In this document: piece after piece, positions 58,682-63,906 of the stretch
Position numbering within the stretch: the first letter of the stretch is position 1
Layout of the letters: each line of letters starts with the position of its first letter
NCBI GenBank assembly: GCA_947311825.1
Contig: CAMZLY010000081.1
Location: 1-63,906, forward strand
Direction: 5' to 3'
Length of the DNA: 63,906 bases
From: an uncultured bacterium
Lineage (GTDB): Bacteria; Verrucomicrobiota; Kiritimatiellia; UBA8416; CAMZLY01
Notes under the pieces: model-generated
Database searches by the model: none
The model's input: the letters and a program-made list of their open reading frames with translations, nothing else
Told to the model about the DNA's origin: nothing
Position numbers and translations under genes: made by a program

Positions 58682-59323
58682 ATGACTTTACTTAAAAACA
58701 ATACTCCATATCACATATATATTGATTTTGACGACGTATTATGTGAAACCGCAAAACTATTACTTGATGTTGCAAACAAGGAATTTGGTAAAAATATTTC
58801 ATTCGAGGAAATTCACTCTTTTGATATAGGAAAAACATTCAATCTTACCCTAAAAGAAGTGCAACATGTGCTTGCCATTATGCATAAACCGGAAAATTTA
58901 TTGGCAATTGCTCCTATCGAGAAAGCGGCATCCACAATAAACAGCTGGGTAGATAAAGGTTTCACGGTGGATATTGTTACCGGACGACCACCTTTTACCG
59001 CAGAAGCATCACACGCTTGGCTTAACAAATATAATATTTCTTATTCCGAGATAATATTTGTAAATAAATACGCAAGAAATCATAACGGCTTTGACCATCA
59101 CGAGAAGGCTCTTACCCTTGAAGAACTCAAGAATTGCCACTACGACCTTGCAATTGACGACTCTTCAACCATGCTTAATTTTCTATTTACTGAAATGAAA
59201 ATGGACGTTGCCATATTTCATCGCCCTTGGAATGCAACACTAGAACCACCGAAAAACAATACGAACCCTAAACGTAAAATAAAACGCTGCCATAATTGGA
59301 ATGAAATAAAAAACTATTTTTGA
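58682..59323 (+). CDS. HAD-superfamily 5'(3')-deoxyribonucleotidase-like protein (NT5C-like)
   Basis: 213 aa. N-terminal HAD motif I, IYIDFDDVLCET (DxDxV). Small cap region. DIVTGRP and a late AIDDS motif. Confidence 0.6.
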   Translation: MTLLKNNTPYHIYIDFDDVLCETAKLLLDVANKEFGKNISFEEIHSFDIGKTFNLTLKEVQHVLAIMHKPENLLAIAPIEKAASTINSWVDKGFTVDIVTGRPPFTAEASHAWLNKYNISYSEIIFVNKYARNHNGFDHHEKALTLEELKNCHYDLAIDDSSTMLNFLFTEMKMDVAIFHRPWNATLEPPKNNTNPKRKIKRCHNWNEIKNYF

Positions 59324-59346
59324 TTCAATTTTACACATTTACGCTT

Positions 59347-59380
59347 GAGATGCTTGCAAAACTACTGTGCAAGTGCCTCG
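59347..59380 (+). repeat. Motif copy in which left-end and right-end-like halves are juxtaposed (GAGATGCTTGCAAAACTACTG TGCAAGTGCCTCG)
   Basis: TGCAAGTGCCTC is the rc of GAGGCACTTGCA, the left end of the 24322 element. It ends 20 nt upstream of the ATG at 59401. Confidence 0.7.
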
Positions 59381-59400
59381 CTTATGAAACAGAAAAATCT

Positions 59401-60126
59401 ATGACAAACCAATATATAACTGACTATCTTCTTAGCCTTGGGAATGCAGAAACTGCTAAACGCTCAAAATCCTTTTTTAAAACAGGCAAAGGTGAATATG
59501 GATTTGGTGATATTTTTCTCGGCATAAGAGTTCCTGTTCTACGAAAAGCTGTAAAAAGCTTCAATAAAATATCACTGGATACTGCCGAACAACTGTTACA
59601 CAGCAAATACCACGAAATCCGCCTATTTGCATTACTTCTTTTGGTTGACCGGTTCAATAAAGCAACTGCTGATGAGCAGAAAAGAATATACAAACTATAT
59701 CTTAATAACACAAAATATATCAACAACTGGGATCTAGTCGATAGCTCAGCACATTATATTGTCGGTGCATATCTATCAGACAAAAATAAAGATATTCTCT
59801 ATAGGCTGACACAATCAGATTCATTATGGGAACGCCGTGTAGCGGTTATATCAACTTTCTATTTTATCAAAAACAATGATTTTAAAGATGCAACAATCAT
59901 TATAGAAGATTTACTCGACGATCAGGAGGACTTGATTCATAAAGCCGCAGGCTGGATGCTTCGAGAAATCGGGAAGAGAGATCATGCTGAAGAAGCATTA
60001 TTCTTGGAATGCCACTATCACCGAATGCCACGAACCACACTACGCTACGCCGTAGAGAGGTTCGATGAAGAGGAGCGGCAGATGTGGTTGAAAAGAAAGG
60101 TAACCGTTCACACAAAAAAAATATAG
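59401..60126 (+). CDS. DNA alkylation repair protein (AlkD/AlkC-like HEAT-repeat glycosylase family)
   Basis: About 241 aa from the ATG at 59401. KSFFKTGKGEYGFGDIFLGIRVPVLRK, NNWDLVD and WERRVAVIST blocks are typical of the DNA_alkylation family. The last 8 codons and the stop lie inside a MITE. Confidence 0.7.
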   Translation: MTNQYITDYLLSLGNAETAKRSKSFFKTGKGEYGFGDIFLGIRVPVLRKAVKSFNKISLDTAEQLLHSKYHEIRLFALLLLVDRFNKATADEQKRIYKLYLNNTKYINNWDLVDSSAHYIVGAYLSDKNKDILYRLTQSDSLWERRVAVISTFYFIKNNDFKDATIIIEDLLDDQEDLIHKAAGWMLREIGKRDHAEEALFLECHYHRMPRTTLRYAVERFDEEERQMWLKRKVTVHTKKI

Positions 60127-60289
60127 CCGCAAAAGAACGTAAGGAAAGACTATTTGGATAGCATTTTAATAAACTTTAGCATTTCATATTTGTGATCCTG
60201 AACTTGATAAATATGACATCATCCAACAATATTAATCCTTATTCTTTGCGTTCTTTTGCGGCTAATCCGTATAGGGTGTGAACGGTTAC
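60100..60289. mobile_element. MITE-like element (190 bp) with perfect 14-bp terminal inverted repeats, an inner 22-bp inverted repeat, and an 8-bp target-site duplication
   Basis: Terminal inverted repeats GTAACCGTTCACAC (60100-60113) and GTGTGAACGGTTAC (60276-60289). Inner repeat 60125-60146 versus 60242-60263, matching at 20 of 22 positions. Direct repeat AAAGAAAG immediately outside both ends (60092-60099 and 60290-60297). Confidence 0.7.
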
Positions 60290-60313
60290 AAAGAAAGCAA
60301 CTCCCCTTCTCTT

Positions 60314-61450
60314 TCATAGACGATGGATACGATCTTTTATGACGCTAGGACTATGATCATCACCACCTTTCAAAGTATGGCTAGAAATATTTAACAGCAC
60401 ACATACTAGTGCGACTGAAATGATTAGACTTGAACCACCATAACTGATAAACGGTAATGCTATCCCTTTAGTAGGTAGACAGCCTGTCACTACTCCAATA
60501 TTAATAACCGCCTGCATCGCAACAAGAAATGTCACCCCAAAACCAAGCAACTTACCAAACATATCAACAGCACGAATACTTATTATTATCCCACATATTA
60601 AAATAATAATAAAAAGAACGACTACGATTAAAGACATAATAAGACCAAGTTCTTCACCGAGAATTGCAAATATAAAGTCTGTATGAGCTTCAGGTAAGAA
60701 AAGTTGCTTTTGGGCACTATTACCATACCCGACCCCCCATACTCCGCCATGCATAAATGATATTTTCGACTGATTTAGCTGATGAGCTATATCAGGATTC
60801 GCATTTGGGTCCATAAAAGCCTTAATTCTGTCCATTCGTAATTTATTTTGCGAAATAAAGAAACAAATAACACCCAATCCGACTGCTGCTATAGGTGCAA
60901 TATGACCTAACAATGTACCGCCAACAAACATAATTATTACGCCTACCGTGGCAACTAATATGGTTGTACCATAATCCGGTTCCGCAAAAATCAAAACAAC
61001 AAATATACCCAATATTCCTAAAGGAACAGCAAGACCTTCCGGATACCGCGTAACCCTTCGTCCAATACTGGCAATCCAACTCGATATAGCAATAACGACA
61101 GCGAATTTACCCAACTCAGAAGGCTGAATACTTACCGGACCTAAATGAAGCCAGCGACGACTACCGCCAATTTTGGACCCTATGCCGGGAATTAAAACAA
61201 TGATAAGCAATAAAAGGGAAAACAATGATATAGGCACCGCCCATTTCTGCCACCAATGATAATCAAATTTTGCAGTAATAATGCCAGCTACGATCGCTAC
61301 CAACAACCAAATCATTTGACGTTTAATAAAAAACTGAGAGTCACCATGATGCTGAAGCCCCATAACACCACTGGCACTGGCCAAAATAACTAGACCAATT
61401 CCCAACAAAATACTGACAACTGTAATAAGAACAGCAGATACTTTAGGCAT
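60314..61450 (-). CDS. SEDS-family peptidoglycan glycosyltransferase (FtsW/RodA)
   Basis: 378 aa with about 10 TM helices. QPSELGKF, PDYGT and GIALPFISYGGSSL blocks. Confidence 0.85.
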   Translation of the reverse strand: MPKVSAVLITVVSILLGIGLVILASASGVMGLQHHGDSQFFIKRQMIWLLVAIVAGIITAKFDYHWWQKWAVPISLFSLLLLIIVLIPGIGSKIGGSRRWLHLGPVSIQPSELGKFAVVIAISSWIASIGRRVTRYPEGLAVPLGILGIFVVLIFAEPDYGTTILVATVGVIIMFVGGTLLGHIAPIAAVGLGVICFFISQNKLRMDRIKAFMDPNANPDIAHQLNQSKISFMHGGVWGVGYGNSAQKQLFLPEAHTDFIFAILGEELGLIMSLIVVVLFIIILICGIIISIRAVDMFGKLLGFGVTFLVAMQAVINIGVVTGCLPTKGIALPFISYGGSSLIISVALVCVLLNISSHTLKGGDDHSPSVIKDRIHRL

Positions 61451-61453
61451 TAT

Positions 61454-62377
61454 TTATTCCGAGACAGGAATCAATATTTTCTGTCCAACAGATAGTTTAG
61501 TATCAGAAAGTTTATTGATTTCTTTTAATCTTGCAACACTTACTCCCCACATCATTGCCACTCCGTACAAATCGTCGTCATCTTCATTAACAACATACTC
61601 GCGGACCTCAAGATCATTATCCACATTTTTTACTGGTGCCGCTAAAATCACATCATTATCCAACTCAGGCTCATCAACTGTGATCGTTGTTGTTTCTTCA
61701 ACAACCTTGGCATTATCTTCAACAATACCCACCTTTTCTACTTTTTTTGTAATTACCGGTGTTTCTATAGACTTACTAATGCTCTTTCCGCCAGGAATAA
61801 CAAGTTTCTGATTTATAAAGATTTTATTACCAGAAATGCCGTTAGCAGCTTTTAGGTCAGATATATTAACCCCCGCTTTATATGCAATAACAGAAAGTGA
61901 ATCACCTTTTTTTACAGTGTATGATGTGGCCCCTTCCGGAATAGTAACCGCCGTCTTTTTAGCAGTACTACTTACTTTCTTTGTCATACCAGCAGTATCT
62001 TTCCCCGGCAGTAAAAGTTTTTGACCAGCTCTAACTTTATTAGGATTTTTAATACTATTCAACGCAACAATATCAGCTACTCGTACCCCATGCTCTCTAG
62101 CTATAACAGAAAGCGATTCACCTTTACCGACAACATATGTAGAAGTTTCCTCCGGCAAATCAATAACTGGCTTTGGCGTAACAACCGTATGAACAGGAGG
62201 TGCAACCTCCACTGTTTCAACAGTAGTAACTGCTGGCGGCATAACAGGTTCTCCAGGCATTCCCGTATCAAGTTGTGCACGAGGCGAAACACCACATCCT
62301 TGAGTTAACATAATACCACCAATAACAACAACATGGACACCAACAACCATACTTACTAATAACGCTGTTTTCATCAT
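61454..62377 (-). CDS. LysM-repeat peptidoglycan-binding protein, membrane-anchored
   Basis: From the ATG at 62377 (MMKTALLVSMVVGVHVVVIGG), with AGGAGA upstream. Three LysM-like repeats (YVVGKGESLSVIAREHGV..., YTVKKGDSLSVIAYKAGV..., YVVNEDDDDLYGVAMMWGV...). The track extension to 62470 is AT-rich upstream DNA. Confidence 0.8.
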   Translation of the reverse strand: MMKTALLVSMVVGVHVVVIGGIMLTQGCGVSPRAQLDTGMPGEPVMPPAVTTVETVEVAPPVHTVVTPKPVIDLPEETSTYVVGKGESLSVIAREHGVRVADIVALNSIKNPNKVRAGQKLLLPGKDTAGMTKKVSSTAKKTAVTIPEGATSYTVKKGDSLSVIAYKAGVNISDLKAANGISGNKIFINQKLVIPGGKSISKSIETPVITKKVEKVGIVEDNAKVVEETTTITVDEPELDNDVILAAPVKNVDNDLEVREYVVNEDDDDLYGVAMMWGVSVARLKEINKLSDTKLSVGQKILIPVSE

Positions 62378-62603
62378 ATTTCTCCTGCTTTTTATCACAC
62401 AAAATCTACATATATATTTATACTCAAAATCAATCAAATTAAGAATATATATATATTCAGAATAATACAAACTTTATTCTTACTAATTATTATTTTATCT
62501 ATTGAGCGAATTGCCTCATAATAGATGACACCGAACGGAAGAGCTGAAAGAACGAAGTAAGTATTGGTTGACTCATAATAGATGACACCCAGAGAATGGG
62601 GGT

Positions 62604-63773
62604 ATGAAAATGAGTAAACAAGCAACAGAAGAGTATATAGCAAGAACCCGGCAACGCTATATATGCATGACAAAAAGAGCCGGCAAAAGTCATGTTCTTG
62701 ATAGTTTTTGTGATACTACAGGATATGAACGAAAGTATGCAATAAAGCTGCTTAATAATATAAAATCTGGCAACAGAAAGAATAGAGCTGGACGTAAGCC
62801 CAAATATGATGAAACAGTAAAAGAGGTGATATTAGAGATATGGAAAATGAGTGATCAGCTATGCTCAAAACTATTAGTAACCGTTATTGAAGTATATTTA
62901 GAAAGCTATAAAAGGAATATTTCATCAGTTTCTACTGAGGTTTCTAAGAAGGTTTTAGAAATAAGTCCAGCAACAATAGATAGATTGCTTAAACCAAATC
63001 GTGTAAATACATCTAAATGGAGACGGCGTATAGGAAAGTCATCAACGAAACTTAAAAAATCTGTACCTATACGTGTTGGTCCATGGAATGTAGATCGCCC
63101 CGGCTGGCTTGAAGCTGATGGAGTAGCACACTGCGGTGGTTCGATGGCTGGTGATTTCATTTGGAGCGTTAGCTATACAGATATATATAGTTGCTGGACC
63201 GAGGCTCGTGCGACGTGGAACCGTAGTTCTGATGCGGTAAAAGCTTCTACTGATAAATTAAAAATAGAGTTACCTTTTAAGATAGAAGGACTAGATGTTG
63301 ACAATGGACCAGAATTTTTAAACTGGAGTTTATATAAATACTGCCAAGAAGAAAAAATAGAGTTTACAAGATCTAGACCTTATCAGAAGAATGATAATGC
63401 CCATATTGAGCAACGTAATTGGACACATGTCCGGCAACTACTGGGGAATGATCGGTTTGAAGATCCATGTATGGTGGATATGATAAATGATCTATATGCA
63501 AATGACTGGTCATTATTTAAGAATTTATACTGCCCTACAATGAAACTGATAAGCAAGGAACGTATAGGATCAAAGTATAAGAAAAAGTTTGAGCAACCTA
63601 AAACTCCGTGTCAGAGACTTTTAGACTCAGAGCATGTATCAGATAATCAAAAACAACGACTAAGGAATATGTTAAAGAATACGGATCCATACAAACTAAG
63701 AAATAATATAGAAATTAAGTTAAAAAAGATTTTCAATTATGAACAAAAAACAATACAAAGAAGAGCGTCCTAG
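62604..63773 (+). CDS. DDE transposase with integrase-core (rve) domain
   Basis: 389 aa. N-terminal HTH-like region. Candidate DDE triad: LEADGVAH, LDVDNGPEF and HIEQRNW (about 60 and about 35 residue spacing). GGGGG SD-like run upstream of the ATG. Confidence 0.85.
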   Translation: MKMSKQATEEYIARTRQRYICMTKRAGKSHVLDSFCDTTGYERKYAIKLLNNIKSGNRKNRAGRKPKYDETVKEVILEIWKMSDQLCSKLLVTVIEVYLESYKRNISSVSTEVSKKVLEISPATIDRLLKPNRVNTSKWRRRIGKSSTKLKKSVPIRVGPWNVDRPGWLEADGVAHCGGSMAGDFIWSVSYTDIYSCWTEARATWNRSSDAVKASTDKLKIELPFKIEGLDVDNGPEFLNWSLYKYCQEEKIEFTRSRPYQKNDNAHIEQRNWTHVRQLLGNDRFEDPCMVDMINDLYANDWSLFKNLYCPTMKLISKERIGSKYKKKFEQPKTPCQRLLDSEHVSDNQKQRLRNMLKNTDPYKLRNNIEIKLKKIFNYEQKTIQRRAS

Positions 63774-63808
63774 CCGGTATCAAGGGGGTACCCCCTTGAT
63801 ACCGGCTA
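63771..63808 (+). repeat. Perfect 38-bp palindrome starting at the transposase stop codon
   Basis: TAGCCGGTATCAAGGGGGTA / CCCCCTTGATACCGGCTA (19 + 19). No T-tract follows. It could be a terminator or a structural element of the IS end. Confidence 0.85.
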
Positions 63809-63906
63809 GGCTGGAAAATAACATTATCGTTGGGTGTGACTATTATGAGGCAACCATAGCTTTATTTTGCTCATCCTTCGGTGTCATGTTTATTTGAGGC
63901 AACACG

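Larger units (their letters stand above)
62511..63902 (+). mobile_element. Complete insertion sequence (~1.39 kb) with doubled terminal/subterminal repeats
   Basis: Outer inverted repeats are TTGCCTCATAATAGATGACACCGAA (62511-62535) and, as rc of 63877-63902, TTGCCTCAAATAAACATGACACCGAA. Inner copies are at 62568-62590 (TTGACTCATAATAGATGACACCC) and, as rc of 63832-63853, TTGCCTCATAATAGTCACACCC. There is a single transposase ORF. Confidence 0.8.

Overview
This is a low-GC chromosomal window from a diderm, LPS-making bacterium. The gene content would fit a PVC-group or Lentisphaerae-like organism: a T2SS with many prepilin-type pseudopilins, HprK/HPr/EI without sugar permeases, and an exosortase polysaccharide locus. 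That placement is only a guess. Most genes are on the minus strand.

Content, left to right:
- An arginine operon (argJ-argB-argD-argG in the direction of transcription). It is interrupted twice by co-oriented selfish or defence cassettes: an MNT/HEPN pair between argJ and argB, and a nuclease plus Dam-like methyltransferase pair between argD and argG.
- rplM-rpsI.
- A partial type II secretion operon in the order gspG, H-like, I-like, J-like, gspK, L-like, M-like, gspD.
- A TerB-like gene, an EEP-family gene divergent from cardiolipin synthase, and ligA.
- A polytopic membrane protein and a Gfo/Idh/MocA oxidoreductase.
- The block kdsB-kdsA-lptC-lptA-lptB-hpf-hprK-ptsH-ptsI, preceded by hldA and two unknown genes.
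- A ~13 kb co-directional polysaccharide/exosortase operon: GT-C glycosyltransferase, beta-barrel OMP, exosortase fused to a ~1000 aa TPR array, Wza, Wzc, a phosphoglycosyl transferase, and an EpsI-like protein.
- pyrE, a REC-GGDEF-REC-HD-GYP protein, a HIT protein, a second phosphoglycosyl transferase, an ECF sigma/anti-sigma pair, an orphan ABC ATPase and lipB.
- tRNA-Glu(UUC), an NT5C-like nucleotidase, an AlkD-like repair protein, a SEDS protein, a LysM protein, and a complete IS with an rve-type DDE transposase.

The most unusual points are:
1. The exosortase-TPR fusion, in a locus with no visible sorting-signal substrate.
2. The defence and TA cassettes embedded in the arg operon.
3. A family of oriented heptamer arrays, (CACTATY)n on the plus strand. 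Each starts at the stop codon of a minus-strand gene. In the T2SS operon they are followed by a conserved four-hairpin module.
4. Two MITE-like elements with terminal inverted repeats and target-site duplications. One supplies the last codons and the stop codon of a gene.

The ORF track uses GTG and TTG as well as ATG starts. I corrected several N-termini by reading the sequence.
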